A stretch of 64,000 bases of DNA from Klebsormidium nitens (Eukaryota > Plantae > Klebsormidiophyceae), in contig DF237028.1 of NCBI GenBank assembly GCA_000708835.1, positions 62,001 through 126,000 of the forward strand, given 5' to 3'. Numbering within the stretch: position 1 is the first letter of the stretch; each line of letters begins with the position of its first letter. Positions 1 to 13,863 of this stretch are shown here, in pieces. The position numbers were made by a program, and so were the translations under genes. A model generated the notes under the pieces. That model was not told the DNA's origin. It worked only from the letters and a program-made list of their open reading frames with translations, and made no database searches.

Positions 1-393
1 CATCACATGGGTTAGCTGTGAGAAGCTTCAGACCTAAGAAGTGACACTCTGCGGCGCACTAAAGCGCTTGTCCACAGATGGAAGGGAACTTCCATTCTGG
101 ATTCGGAAAGGGTTCTCTTGACCATTGGTTGGAGAAACTATGAAAGGTGATGGGCTTCCAACAACCTTCATCGTCGTCGGCACCGGTCTTTAGTCCATCT
201 GACAAGAAAGAAAACATCGGTTCAAAACAGAGCTAAGATCTGACGGGCTCTTCCACTACGGACTTAGTTTCACGCCGTCTGCACCCCACTGACTAACTAA
301 GTCAAAACACTGACGTCATCTCCTCCCACCCGTGACCGTTTGGCGGAAGGAAAGTGACCGTAAGAGCGAGTTGGCCGCCTTGAACACGCTTAC

Positions 394-729
394 CTGCTCG
401 GTGGAAGTATTGTTGTAATGCACAAAGCCGATTGCCCCCACCATTGCCATCGTGCCCGCCATGTTGGCTTCCGTCACCGTGTCCATCGGGCTGGACGCCA
501 CAGGCACCCTCACACTAATGTTTTTTGAAACTCGCCCCGTCAGATCAACTTCGTCCGTCGAAAAGTCGATGAAACCTGGGTGCAGAATCACGTCATCATA
601 CGTGAATGAGACCCCCTGCGAGAACAGCCTTGCTGCGGGGTACCCATCAAGTTCGTCATCATTTGGAGCGTCCCCTTGGACCCGTTCATAGACGCGCCCG
701 TTCATTCCCATGCTTTTGTCTGAGGCCAT
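394..729 (-). CDS. IMPDH: Inosine-5'-monophosphate dehydrogenase, first coding exon (rest of gene lies off the left edge)
   Basis: Translation DGYPAARLFSQGVSFTYDDVILHPGFIDF...SSPMDTVTE...GAIGFVHYNN matches the plant-type IMPDH N-terminus. Donor GAGCAG|GTAAGC at 394/393. No further in-frame exon found in 1-393. Confidence 0.93.
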
Positions 730-1609
730 CTAGTAATGGAACCCCTGACTGCAGAGCCACCCTCCCAAATCTCCAACTGCAACAATGGTCCAGTACTTGT
801 CGTTGCGCCAAAGGCTGTGGTTTGAGCCGCAGCTAAGAAACAGGCACAACGAATCAGTGATTGAGCTTATATCAGCGTCGAGACTCGAACCCCTGGCTTC
901 TACAATTGAACTTGAAAGTGCCCCTCAGCAACTTGAACAATGGAAGTACCGTAGCCTTAGGTATGGGCGCTTCAAATCAGTACTAGAGAGAGAAGAATGT
1001 GATCGATCGAAGAGGTGTGTGCAGCTGCTGACTCCTGAGCCTGAAGGCTGAAGTAGTGAGATGTTCAGTTCCAAAATCACGAACCTAGCCGCCCAGGGTG
1101 GTAATGGTACGTTAGATAAAACCATTGCCGATTTTGGCGGAACTAGAACGAGAGTTTCTGTCTGAAGAGAACATCTCGATATGCGCAAACCTGCAGGCGG
1201 GCGGCGGCCGCGCGGCCGGCCGCGCCACTGAGAGCTCAGCCAGCTCAGTCACATAAATTCATAATGCAGTGAGACTCGCGAGTCGCATATGAGCTGCAGG
1301 CCGCGCACTGATCAACAGTTCAGAGAAGCCCTTGCAGGGAAGGTTGAAGTTGCATGATCACGTCCTTATCTGCGATACAAGACGCCCTCAGAGACTTACA
1401 AAGGCCGGAGAACGGAGAGGCAAAAAAGTGGGAGTAGGCAGATAAGGGAAGATAAAGAGGCAGGCTTGCGAGGCTTTGTGAGTGCGAGCTGCAAACAGAG
1501 GTGTAGAAGTGACGGCCACGGCAAGGCCACGGCTTACCACGTACTAAGTTTCTTGTGACTTGAACGTTTCTTGACTAGAAAAGCAGGGCTTTCTTAAGAA
1601 TATTCTAGC

Positions 1610-2915
1610 ATGAAGAGGGCTGGAAGCGACACAAGGGCAATGCGTGAAAGGTCAGCACTGGTGCAGCAAACTGTAATCTCTTCCAGGAGGCTTGCTGTTC
1701 ATCTGTTTGTAACGGAATGCAGAAGTACATTCCTGTCATGTTGAGCAGATTGTTTTTGCAACATACGATGGCGGTGGTGCATGGACTTACATTCCTTCCT
1801 GCCCTCCCCTCTATATTTCCAGCGCCTTCTTTTGTGTGCCTTGCAGAAAGAAGGTCATTTGGGACGAAGACAATCTTGAGAATATTGAGGCCCACAAGCC
1901 GACCAGGCAGAAGATTACGGAGCCAAAGACCCCGTACCATGCTGCGGCTGCCTCAGATGGTATGGGCCACACCAAACATCTTTTCCTGTACATATGTATG
2001 CACTGGCCCGCAGGCGGCTTTTGAATGCTATCCAGTTTGCCGACTTGCCCCCTGTGCTCTGAGCGATAGTGGCAAAGTATGCAGAACGTCAGGGCCCTTG
2101 GCCTCTGGGCACCTTGAGCAACTTCGGGTCTGGCGTTGAGCTCTCCAATCAGTCATTTTCATGAACTCAACGTCCTTCAAGAATCTTTTCCCTGGTTGGA
2201 ATTAGGGGGAGAGGGCTCAACTCGAAGTTTGCTGTTGGATTGCAATTCTGTAGCTTTTGTATTGCCCCCTCACAGGGACGGTGTCACCTCATGATGATGA
2301 CAACGAGACAATGGAGATGGCTGCTCAGGCTGAGGCCATCCGGAGTGCCCTGACTGAGGTGGCCTCTACGTCGGGGGGAGGCAACCATGGCGGCCCTCGC
2401 AAGTCAGGGGGCGGTTGGACATCGTCTGAGGACGAGGGGGCTTCAGCTTCAGAAGTTGAGGGCATGGACGAGGATGAGGCAGCATATGCAGAAGGTAAGG
2501 ACGGGGGGGCGCCAGTGAACAAGATGAGCTGTAGCGATTCTTGGAGGCATGTTGGCTGTTGATGCTGCCAGCATAATGACCGGATTTGCCCTAGTGTGGT
2601 ACTCGATGTGTGCGAAAAAGCAATTAACTCGCGGTGGAGACGTCTTGCCTGCCAGAGTGTTCAATGTCGGGATCTGAGCACGTTGCTCTATCTTCTGCAG
2701 CCAATGGTCTGCACCCCGAAACTTCTGAGGACCACGAGGACTTTGTGCGGCATAGAAAGGCCCATTACGACGAATACCGGAGGTTGAAGGCTCTTCGTGC
2801 GCAAGGAAAGAAAGTAGTAGAGGACACCGATGAAGAAGAGGATTCCGCAAACAAAGGACCTCCCTTAGAAAACGGAACGGGGCCAGCTTCTCATAGTTCT
2901 CATCTACAATCTTAA
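1610..2915 (+). CDS. Protein phosphatase 1 inhibitor-2 (IPP-2) family protein, 4 exons
   Basis: Exons 1610-1650, 1847-1959, 2276-2494 and 2701-2915 join in frame. Motifs KKVIWDE (RVxW-like), KITEPKTPY and [12 protein letters not shown] are diagnostic of inhibitor-2. Confidence 0.92.
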
Positions 2916-4071
2916 CACTTGATGGGTAGTGTAAGTTCACTTTGAAACAGATCACTTCACTTGATATCAGCCCCGCAGTAACCTCCTGCATCTTACAGCT
3001 TCATCCCAAAAATGGAATGAGGTCCTCAATTCGATAGTGCCAGCGCAGTTGCGTAAAATTCCTTAGGAAGGAAGGATGTGGCCATTGGGGAGTTCTTGCC
3101 TCATGGTGCCAACAAGTCGTGAGGTTGGAGGGATAGCAAAATCAGGAGCCTTGACTTGAGATGGATACCGTAGGCAACGAATCGTGTCCGAGTGTACAGA
3201 AGTGCTGTTAGCCTAAAGTATGGCCGGTACTTGGCTTTTTGACCCGACCAGTATGGCGCAAGCAAGTGAATATCAAGATTCACAAATACCCTCGTGCCTC
3301 CGCACTCAAGCCTTCATGCAACTGGGACATGAGGATGATGTCAGTGTAAAGGTCGGTTGCATGCTGGTGCATTACTTACGTACCGGCCATGCACTACTGA
3401 AACTCGAAAGGATCGCATGGCGCGGGCCACACAAGTGCATGCAAGCTCATGCAATTGCCCGGCGGCCACTGGACATGATTGCCAGACCTAGCTTGTAATA
3501 TACACGTATACACGTATCCATACGTACATGGTTGACCTCTTGTTACACATACATTACGTACGTGTCTCCAGCCGCATATGCATATACCTATAGTCGATTG
3601 CGGGCCAGCCCTAATTTTTAGATATCAATGCATTGCGCCAGGCGAACAATAACGATTGATCGGTGTACCCAGTTGGGACTTAGTTGTGTGGAATCCACTG
3701 TCAGACGCGTATTGAACACGAACATGCATATTTGCATGTCACGACCTATTGCACGGCCTTGATTACCGAGCCTACAGCTTCTAAGCTTGACTGCATGTGT
3801 CGCACTATCTATCATGCGTTCGGTCATGCACTAATTTCTCCATGCGGTGTCATACCGAGCTCCAGAAACTTGCAATTAGAATGTACAGATAGATTAGAAT
3901 CTTTTAGCTCCATGCAAATGTTGTACCGCTTCAGTTTCCAGATTTTACTGAAACCGAGGGTCAAAGGAGAGCAGATCAATTCGTCACTTCCATGTAATCC
4001 TAGGGGAATTCGACACATGCAAAATGTAAACGATGTGTGTAGACTATGAGCATCTTGTGCCTGTCCAGTGC

Positions 4072-6287
4072 TCAATGATCATTGTTTGAAACTTCTGAGA
4101 TTGGGGGGACAAGCGACGGCTGCTCAGTTCGTCCTCTGCTTATCCGATAGCCCTCTACAGCTTGCTGTCTAAGACGCTCCTGCGAGCTCGCTAAAGCACC
4201 TAGGCTTTCCGGCCAGTGCCGCTTCCCAGCAGCACTCTTGTCCTTCGCCATGCGACTAACCTGTGTATTCCACAAGCATGCATTGAGTAAGTTCACCGGA
4301 AGCTTTGGCGGGAAATACTGAATGTCACACTTTGCCGCTTGAGTTTCGGGACGATCGCAGGCAAGAGGACCAGAAAGATTTGGCTTGTCTTCCTACTTCA
4401 CTCTTGGCTCCCTGTATCGCATCATTCGAGTGACTTTCGAACATTGAAACCAAACGAACTTACCTTTCCTACGTGCTTCGAGGACAGCTTTGGGGGCGCT
4501 TGTACCACGTCTCCGAACCGAACCTTGTCTTGCTTGTACAAGTTTCTGTAGGCCTCGTCTTCTTCATTGCTTCTTTTCTTCCGCTTCTTCCCCTTCTTTT
4601 CTTTCAAAAACCTGGAATCAAGAGTCTCGTCAAAGTCGCCTACACCAGTGGTGCTTGACAGCGGCAAGAGATCGTTTCCATTCTCTCGCAGAATTCCGGT
4701 TCTTAAGAAACGTACAGCTTGTGCCCGGTGGCTCTGCAACATTTCATGACAATGTTAAAGAGCTTTCCAACTTCGATTCGAGAAAACAGAAGGTGTTGGA
4801 ACCATAAATGCACAGAACTCAGGTCTCCCTTTCCTTCCTCGTTTTCGTCACTTGATGCGTACATGAACCCAGCAGACTGAATTCACGGCAAGTTTGGCTG
4901 CGGGCTCAAACAACCCATCAGACCGCAGAATGCGGCACGGAACAAGCTTCGAAGTGGCAGCGAAGACGGGGCTCAACAAACTCTTCAAGGTCAAATGGGA
5001 TTGTCGAGAGATTTCCAACATTCTGCCAAGTCAAGCAGAAAGTTGGCAAGACAAGCTGCCACAGTGTTTGTAAAGACTGCTTGACTTTAGAGGCTGTCTT
5101 GTAATTCGCATGGGCATACTCTTTTCAGATCCGGGTGGAAGCACGTGTATTGATCGTCCTCATAAATTATTCTGTCCAGAGGACATTCACAAGTTATTCT
5201 ATCCAGATTGCAAGATCCCGATTGCCAACTAAGATAGTCTTTCGTGTGGCGCCTGAGTTCGATCATGATATTTTAAGTGCAAAAGGGTAGCCGTATATGA
5301 GAACTCACTTCCGTCGTTTTGCCAAGCCCGTAAGAACTTCTTCCTCTTCCGGTTTGCCGTTTGACGTGTTGATGACCGTCAGCGGCTGTTCTCTGCTTCT
5401 TTTACTCCCAGCTGGCGGGCCCTTCTTTGCATCAGCCTTTTTCACTAACAAATTTTTCGCCTTCGCCTGCGCACGAACAGATATTGATCAAAATTTGCAA
5501 AACTTCCTCTTAAGCTCCAGTAGTGCCCTGAAAAGTACTGGTCTTTCCCCGAGAAGCGGGCCCAGGTTGCAGGAAGACCTGACTTTCTGAATGATCTGGG
5601 GCATTTCACCACCAGCATGCGCCATCACAAGCCCCACCAATCATAGGCCACACTCTGGCTTGAGTCCAAAGCCTTGAGATTGACACTGCTGCATTCTCTA
5701 GAGTCTCACCTCAGACGGACGCACAAGTCCTGGTAGGCCACCATCAGGACCTCGCTTCACGTGCTTCACTGATCCCTCCACAGAACCTAAGTAGCAATTG
5801 ACACTTTTAAAAGCTATGGCACCACCAGGACGACTTTATGATTGATGCATATTTTGTCCCCAAAGCAAGGGTTTCTTGAAACACACAGGGCAGAGCTTTT
5901 GCTGAATCAGAACTGTTAGTGGGCCCTGTGAAAACTTTGGAGTAGAAAGCTGCTTCTAGAAAGTGCAGGCGCACGGTACAAAAGAAACCTCTTTGCTCAT
6001 CCTGAAGAAGACAGGCATCGCATTCAATAAAACGCAGATGGTATTTATATTATTCAACGTGTTAGACGAGGTTGCCGATGTAGCAATCCAATCTGCAATT
6101 GGCAAAGTGCCTACATAAGCTCGCACGTACCCTTCATCGAATCCCTCAAAGCCATCATCCTTCGAAGCCCGGCTGGCAGGGCCTGGCCTTCTTTAAGTGC
6201 TTTGGGAGGTGGTGGTAGCCTTTGGTCATTCTTAGCCTCCTTCAGATTCGACTCACGACGCCGACGGCTTTTCCCTTTCGAAACCAT
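4072..6287 (-). CDS. CCDC137-like Lys/Arg-rich (probably nucleolar) protein, 5 exons
   Basis: Approximate exons 6287-6132, 5785-5710, 5467-5310, 4611-4471 and 4264-4072 join in phase. DKVRFGDVVQAPPKL and ERLRQQAVEGYR resemble the conserved CCDC137 blocks (from memory). Confidence 0.75.
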
Positions 6288-6747
6288 TGCGGCAGAGCTC
6301 CTCGCATGAAAGGCCTGTCGGCTTTTGTTATTTAGACAGCGAAGAAATGCTTCCGGTAGTTGAAATAGACTTGCTAACTGTGACTCTGTGAGCAGCACAG
6401 AGTAGGTCGCCCTCGCCCTTCGATGTCATTGCAAGTGGGATGATGATCACCACCAAGATTCTGAACGCATTATGATTTAGCTGCAGACTGCAGTCCCAAG
6501 TTCTCCCAACTAAGGTACGGTACTGTACCTAATAATTAGGCGGACTGGCAGAATTGGTGTGAAAAGCCACCAACTTCGCGCGACTTTGCAACACAGGGCC
6601 CAGGATCATGCGGTCACACTTCCCGGGAACCTACCCGGTTCAGCTACCTAAATCAGATGAGTCGATCGACGTCCGGCATTTAAATAAACTTAAAGGCTGC
6701 CAGTGTCTGTTCTCACCGATCGGAGATCTGTGCAGCGTGCAGAAAGG

Positions 6748-7041
6748 TACCGTAGTCCAACGTGATGATTCCGAATAAATAAATAATTATTTGCGTTCGG
6801 AAAGTCAGAAATTCGGATTTCCTATTCGGAAAGTGAAATTTCGGAAAGGTAAAATAACCTTGAAATGGTCCTCGGGAGCCGTAAAACTGCCAAAAACAGC
6901 CAAAAACTCCCCTTCGAACTGAGACCATAGGGCATTCGGATTCTTGTCGGAATCAGCATATATAATTCCACTTTCCTGGTCGGATTGTTGAGAAATAATT
7001 CGAAACAAAATCGTTCGGAATCATCACGTTGGACTACGGTA
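6748..7041. mobile_element. MITE, copy 1 (290 bp, Tc1/mariner-like, TA target duplication)
   Basis: Perfect 26-bp terminal inverted repeat CCGTAGTCCAACGTGATGATTCCGAA...TTCGGAATCATCACGTTGGACTACGG (6750-7039), TA on both sides, reiterated TTCGGA motifs inside, non-coding, second copy at 60.5 kb. Confidence 0.92.
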
Positions 7042-7300
7042 GCAAGGAGACGAAAATGCCAACTCTTTAGACCAAGTACAGTGCAGGCCAAGGCGCCACT
7101 TCAACGGCAGGACGCTGGAAGCTTGAGTCAGAGCTCCTGCCTGACCCAGCAAGCAAGTGAAGCTGTTTCTTTGTGCATTGGGGCCCGTCTTAGAGGAATG
7201 CTTGCCTTCCGCTCGCTGAATTTGTCTCCACATCCGGATCCGATGTTGGAGCGCTGAAAACAGCAACATTCGAAATTGCTCAGTTTTCCAGCCAGACACA

Positions 7301-9168
7301 ATGATGGATCCTGCGCCTCCAGCAAATGCAAACGTTGTGGCAGCGCAACAGTACACAGCCGGCCTGAACAGGCAATTTCAACACTTTCTTGATCGATCAG
7401 TCCCTCATCATTACTACCGATGGATAGGCTCTCTCGTTGTGGCGCTTGTGTACGGTGTTCGGATGTACTATATTCAAGGCTACTACATCGTCACATATGG
7501 CCTGGGAATTTACCTCCTAAATCTCCTGATAGGGTTTCTGTCTCCACGCAATGATCCTGAGAGCGAGGGGCCAACGCTGCCATCCAAGGACACAGATGAA
7601 TATAAACCCTTTATCCGGCGGCTACCAGAGTTCAAGTTCTGGTGAGATGCTGGGTCTTTTTGCGCTAAAACAAGCTATGTTTTGTGGACTGTGCACTTCC
7701 TAGTGAAATGCTGAAAGGTTAGGGTTTGGCACCAGCACTATTGCAGTGCACTCATGGTTGCTCACAAACCGTCAGCACAGCTCCTTTCCAGCTGCTGATG
7801 CTCTGGCATTAAGCTCCATTCGCATCATGGCCCAGCGGTTTCTTTAAGTCGGATCTCCATCTGGTTGCATGTAGCTGATAAACACATGATCTTTCAGGTT
7901 TTGCTTTGTTGACCATTTGTTGAAGAGGGCAGGTATGATGGGTGCATGGATATCAACAGAGGTCAGATGGATTCAATGCAAAGCAGTTCTGCGGCTTTCT
8001 TCTCGATTGGAATCTGATGCCAATGAAGGTCAAAGCTGCCAATGAAGGTCGAGCGGCAGTTTGGTGCGTTGTCCACAGTGAAAAGTACCGGGGCCCACCG
8101 CTTCATGCTCACCACATCCTATCAAACGGCAGCGAACTTGGAAACCGGAATTCCTCTGACAGGCCCGTAACATGATGGAGTCATTGCTGCGGGCTTGTTG
8201 GAGTAGTATATCAATCTGGTTTTGTAAGATGATTCAGATTGCTGCTGAATTGGGGATATACTTCTTGTCAGTGCCTGACAGGAACCAGCTCGTTTACTGA
8301 TCTTGATTGACAATGTCGTAACGTATGTCTGAAGGGGCTGGTTAGGTGGCACCTCTTTGTGTAACTTTTGAGAGACAGAAGCCTTTGCTCATTGGCTTTT
8401 TGCTTATTTGAGATTGATCGTTTTCGCGTTTCTGAAAGATTTGCTTGTGAATGGGAAGGGATGCGCGGCTCCATCTGCTAAGCGCTCTGCATGTGCATTT
8501 GAGAACGCAGCAAACTACTCCGTGCAGTTCATACTTGTTGTGGGTGACCCGTGACCAATTTCTGGGGGAGCAGCTTTTGCCCCTGTGAAGGTTCTAAAGA
8601 CAAATCTGGATCCCCGTTGTTTTCCGCAGGTACGCTGCAACGAAAGCCTTCGTCATCGCCTTCTTCATGACCTTCTTCCCCATCTTTGATGTCCCAGTTT
8701 TCTGGCCAATCCTTCTCATGTACTGGCTTGTCCTTTTTGTCCTCACGATGAAGAGACAAATACGGCACATGATCAAGTACAAGTATGTGCCCTTCTCATT
8801 TGGAAAGCAGGTGAGGTGGACTTTGTTGGTTTGCAGTCCCTGCGGTTGCCTTCTGTTGTTCCTGATGGGGTTCTAGATGTTGCCAACTGGTTCCATCTGG
8901 GCAGACTTGTAGACGAAGATAAGGATCTATGTCAGCCTGTCTGATCTAGTACCCAGGTTCTGAAAGTTAAGAATAAGCTGCTATTACTTCGAAGCATTTG
9001 AAGGAGCTTTGCTTAACAATTACAGCTCTTGTACTAGCGCTTTGTGTGTTTGCTCGATGAGCACTTCGAAATATCCTCCTGAAGCAACTTTGCTTGGATG
9101 TCGTGCAGAAATACGGCAAAGGGAAAAGCGTTGTTAGCGCAACGAGTGGTCCATCTAGAGCCGACTAG
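7301..9168 (+). CDS. RER1: RER1 ER-retrieval receptor, 3 exons
   Basis: Exons 7301-7641, 8630-8810 and 9109-9168 join in frame. [36 protein letters not shown] and [14 protein letters not shown] are Rer1 signatures. Confidence 0.96.
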
Positions 9169-9729
9169 TCTGGTAAGCAGCGTCAGTTGTTTCTGAAAAT
9201 TCTTCGGAGCTCACTATTGATGATGCCAAGCATTGAGGCATTCAAAATGACGTTTTGCAACTGGTCAATGTGAGCTTTGGGAGAGGAGCAATGTGTAAAG
9301 GCGTGCAACATCCCCTTGATTTCGACCTTCCATCATATCGAACTTTGACGAAGACTGCGGTGGGTGTTGCCGTCCCCCTATTGCCGCATGCTATTGACAG
9401 CGCTGTGTTGCATGGATACCTTGTCACCTATCGTATCTGCATCGTAGGCGCCCAGCCCAGGAACATCAAGCATAGCAACGTGCCTCATCTGACATTCGTA
9501 CGTGGACTGCTCAAGCGCATGCACTATTGGCCAGCATGGTCAACTTGTCTCTGCACATACACAACAACATGACAGATTTCCGTCATAGAGCTAGGTTCTT
9601 ATTGGACGTGCCTCAAAGATATTCAGGCTTACAGCCAGCCCGAGACATCACTAGCGCTACGTGGGTCATATGATGGATGTAGGTATGTGTATCCTTTGTT
9701 AAACGTTTGTCTACTATATGAGGTAGGCT

Positions 9730-10426
9730 TATGTTCTCTTCCAAAACCGTAGCCACATATGGGCCATGCATGCATAGGCTTCCATTTGGCATACACGGGA
9801 ATTGTGGTTGAAGGTTTGAACGCCTAGCTACCTCAGAGCCTACCCTCATGCAGGGCCTACTAGAGCTCAAGGGGCTATGTTATAGTCCAAATCTAGCACC
9901 TCAGTGGCATCGTAGCCGGTGTCCGTGGTCTGATGATCATATAAAGACATGAAGCTATGAAGTACGGGGCAGGGGTTTTTTTAACGGTCGGCATGGTGCA
10001 CAGTGTAACATGATACACCGCAATTGCTTCTGCGCCTCTCTGCGGTCTACATCCCTACCAAGATTGTTGCCCGCTAATTAGCGCGAATCCTAGTTCCAAC
10101 AATGATTGCCCGCGGAGGCGACAAGTAGCTAGCGGAGTCACGGTTGCTTTGACTAGCATGCGCCACTGGCAAGTTTAGTTGTAATCCGGTAAGCTGTTGT
10201 TAGACTAGGTTTGGTGACTAATTCAGGGTGCGCACTTTGATTTGGTAAGGTAGCTAGACGTTCAAAACCCAAACAATTCCCATGTATGCAATGGAAGCAT
10301 ATGGCCCATGTGGCTTGTTTGAAAAGAGAACATCATAAAGACATGCTGCATTGGACTAGCTACACACCATGAACAAAAGCCTTCAATTCAATATGATGTT
10401 CTCTTTTCAAACGCCGTAGCCACATG
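9730..10426. repeat. Degenerate dispersed repeat: three fragments in alternating orientation
   Basis: 9730-9832 is an imperfect inverted copy of 10249-10337. The reverse complement of 10392-10426 matches 20107-20141 at 34/35 nt (CATGTG[G/A]CTACGGCGTTTGAAAAGAGAACATCATA). Confidence 0.8.
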
Positions 10427-11305
10427 ATCGTTATCTAACTTTCCTTGGTTGAATATCACTTTTATAATATCGAACATCATTGACTTGTTTCTGTCGAGGC
10501 CAGTAACTTCGCCAACCCCATGCATCATGACGGCATTTTTTTCTGCATGTACTTGGAACACTTGGTTGCAGATTTGAGCGTCTCTCTAAGGGCCTGCAGC
10601 TATCGTGCCAGGGTTTGCCATGGTGAGATACACTGCGCCGCGCCAAACAGAAAAGTTTGCACTAAAAAATAGTCGACGAAAGCCTCAAAACATCGTGCAA
10701 CACGACGCAAGTAAATCAAACAGCTCAATGGCTGCCCATTGGATGAACATTATGAACAATCACATAGCTTAATGGCGCCCAATGAGTAATCAGATCACGG
10801 ACAGTCCAAGGTCGAATTCTCGAACAACAGTACCCGATGGACACAATAAAGCTAGAAGGACTCGTGAGGCACAACTTTTCAGTCAAAACGCACGATCTAC
10901 GAACCCCTCTCAGCCAGATGGGCTGCAGACTTCTTCCTATGGACTCGATCCAAACCATTCAGCTGACTTTTCACTGCCAGCTCTAGTACCAGTCTATCCT
11001 CCCCATGGAGTTTGTGTCAACCAATCGGTCAGTTGAAATTCTGATTTCCAAATCTACGCAACGAACAAGGTGACAGAACCCTCATCCTGGCTCGATGCGG
11101 TTTCTCCTTGCCAAGCCATTGCAGAACGAGCTTGCTTTTGATCAATGTGCACAGAAGCAGGAGAATTTGATTGCTCGAGCTGTTCCTATGGAAACATATG
11201 CGCACAATCCTGTCCGCCCCATGGAAGCCCATGCACAGGAGCCCCATCCAATCCATCTCAGTAACCCCTAGAATGCCCGCCCTTTTTCCTGCCTGCCTGC
11301 CGTCC

Positions 11306-12506
11306 TTACTTTGCGCTGATGTCCTTAATCGCGTTAATCTGCTCCTCCCCCATGGCAGACAAGACCGTTACCACCAGCTCCTTCCCGGCAGCAAAGTCGG
11401 CCTTGAGTTTCTGGGCCAACTCATCATCATGAGTGGGTAGCTTCAAATCATCGCGCATGTCCCCGGAATCTGTCAGCAGCCCGGTATAGCCGTCATCCGT
11501 AATGTCCATGAGCTGGTAGTCAGTGCGCTTCACGTGGGGAACCTCCGAGTTGTGAGATGACGGCACAATATCTTCAAGCTTCCTTCCGTTGAAGATATCC
11601 TTCAAGAGGAGTACAGCAACGTCAATAAATGATCAGCATCTAGAAAGAAAAAAGCATCAGCATCCAGGGAACAATGTCAGCAGCGGGGAGCAGCAAATTG
11701 AGCAGATCTAGCAAGTCAAGTCTCTGCGAAGTACAGACACAACCACTCAAAAGCTGCAGCCCTCCATCGGGCATTCAGTGGCACAAACATCCTCAGTCAT
11801 AAAAATCCAAGTGCCTTCGTCTGAGACCTGGCAAACCCTGTACCTGCTTTAGGCAAGAAACCAACTGTTTGACAGAAGCATTCTGTGTTGCCCCTCCTAA
11901 AGCAAATTGAGCCAATGGAATGCTGTTTCTAAAATGATCTAAAGTGCAACTCACAATTCCAACGAAGTTACACTTTGCGTGGCCGTGCTTCCCAGTCTTG
12001 GAAGTGGAAACTTCCGCAACCTGCGGTAGACAAAAGACTGTTAGCTGGTATCTTTGATTTGGAGAGGAATGGAACTGCATGATCACATGCGAGCAACATC
12101 CATTACCACAAGAGGTGGCGCACTATACAATTCTATTCAACCTGACATTTACTACTTGCCGCGTGAAACCTACACAAAACTCAAGGTGGGGGAAGACTAC
12201 AAGACTTGCACAGTCTGCCCTCACCTTGCAGGGTCTGCCCTTGATCACGATGAAAGCTCCCTTCCTGATGGTGCCAGCTTGCTGCGGGAACGTCAACGAC
12301 GCCCCCGCATCTCCAGCTCCATCGAACGTATGCTCATCATCTGCAAAATACACAAGCAGCTTCTGAAAAGATCAGACAATGTATTGAAGAGGACTACATG
12401 GAAAGCGTCTACGTATATATCTAACCAAATCCACGATGCAAAAGCGAAGAGATTGAGGAGCATCGAGAAGCTTTCTGTACCTCATCCTTAGATCCTCACC
12501 CGACAT
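11306..12506 (-). CDS. eIF5A: Eukaryotic translation initiation factor 5A, 4 exons
   Basis: Exons 12506-12500 (ATGTCGG), 12340-12225, 12020-11955 and 11599-11306. Contains the hypusine motif [12 protein letters not shown] and DIVPSSHN. Confidence 0.97.
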
Positions 12507-13863
12507 GTTTGCTGCTTCTTGTCCAAACGGCGCCCTTCTGTCAAGGTTGCGAAGCAGGACGGCGCCCTTGCTCACAACCTTCGAGGCAGCTCGGAGGAGA
12601 AGAGGCCGAAACCGATCATTGCCAATCTGGTCTTCCTCCTGAGACACTTCTGGGCGGCCGCTTCAAGTTCAGGCGGCCCGTCGAGGCGTCAACGATAACG
12701 GTGCGCGGAACTGTATCGCACATGCTCAAGTTCAGGCCCAAAAGGTACCGGGTACGCTTGAGGTCAGTTGCATGCATGTTGTCTTTTCTAAACCGGCGGT
12801 TAACGTCGTCTCTTGGTCGCCGTTGGCCCCTACTACCTAGTGTTGCTCAAGGCGTTCTAGCTCCACTGGCACTGTCTACCACTGTACCAGTCTACAGATG
12901 ATGCCAATGGTGCTTTTCAGATTCTTTCTGGAGGAAGGTTTTCTTCGGTTGCACAGAAAACGTGCAGGCACGAAGACGCATTGCTTTCAAGAAAATTGGA
13001 CTATTCAGTGCCTCAGCACGGCTCATTTCAGCTCTTCAGCAGACATTGCAGACAGTGCGTAAGTGACAGCGATTCGAACTACTGTTCCATGTCATTCCTA
13101 GTTGCGGTTGAAACATAGAGCAGTTCGTGGTGGCCAATCTGGTTGTGAAGCCTTGTGTTGGCAGTGTCCAGCTTGCAATTGCCCTAGCAATCCGCTTGAG
13201 TGCAGGTACTCAAAGAGCCAAGCTGATTGGTCTTCATCAAAGTTGGTTGGGGCTTGCAGCCATCGCCAGTGCTATGTTGAAGGGTTCATCAGCTGAATCT
13301 GAGCAGCTTTAACAGTACTCATGGGGTGTTCAGCTGCAAATCTGCAATTTTCATAAGCAGAGAAAGAAAGTGAATGTTTCTTCTGAAGATAGTGGAGCTG
13401 AAGAGGAAGCCCCCGTACCAGTGCGCAGAGCAGCTGAAACGCCTTCGAAAACATTGATAGGTGAGGAAGGGAGTCATCTCAGCACCGTTTCGCAGCGTGG
13501 ATGGGAAGCAACCTGCTTGCTTGCTCAGCAGCTCAGCCTGAATGCTGCTGGACAGTCTGGGCATAATCCCTAGAAGATGACTTTTATGCTAATGTTCAAG
13601 GAGACTGATGATACTGTCTGTCAACAGCCCTTGCATGATGAGTTTCCTTTTCGCAATCCTGTTGAAATTCGTATCTTCGACGTTCATGTCAGAGTTTATT
13701 TGTGGCCATGTAAACCTCTATGGGCGCTTCACTAACCAGCCCGTCTGAGCTTTGCAAAATTGTTTACTATTACAATGCCGCCCTGCCTCCATATCTCATG
13801 ACACAAAGGTATGTACCTACCAGCGCTTACATGTTGACCTTTGTACAAATGCAGTGGTGCATT

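Noticed and set aside
12509-13600. Short ORFs and splice-like sites between eIF5A and the GT54-like gene, including a Cys-rich CWQCPACNC stretch
   Set aside because: No phase-consistent multi-exon model; more likely UTR or promoter sequence.
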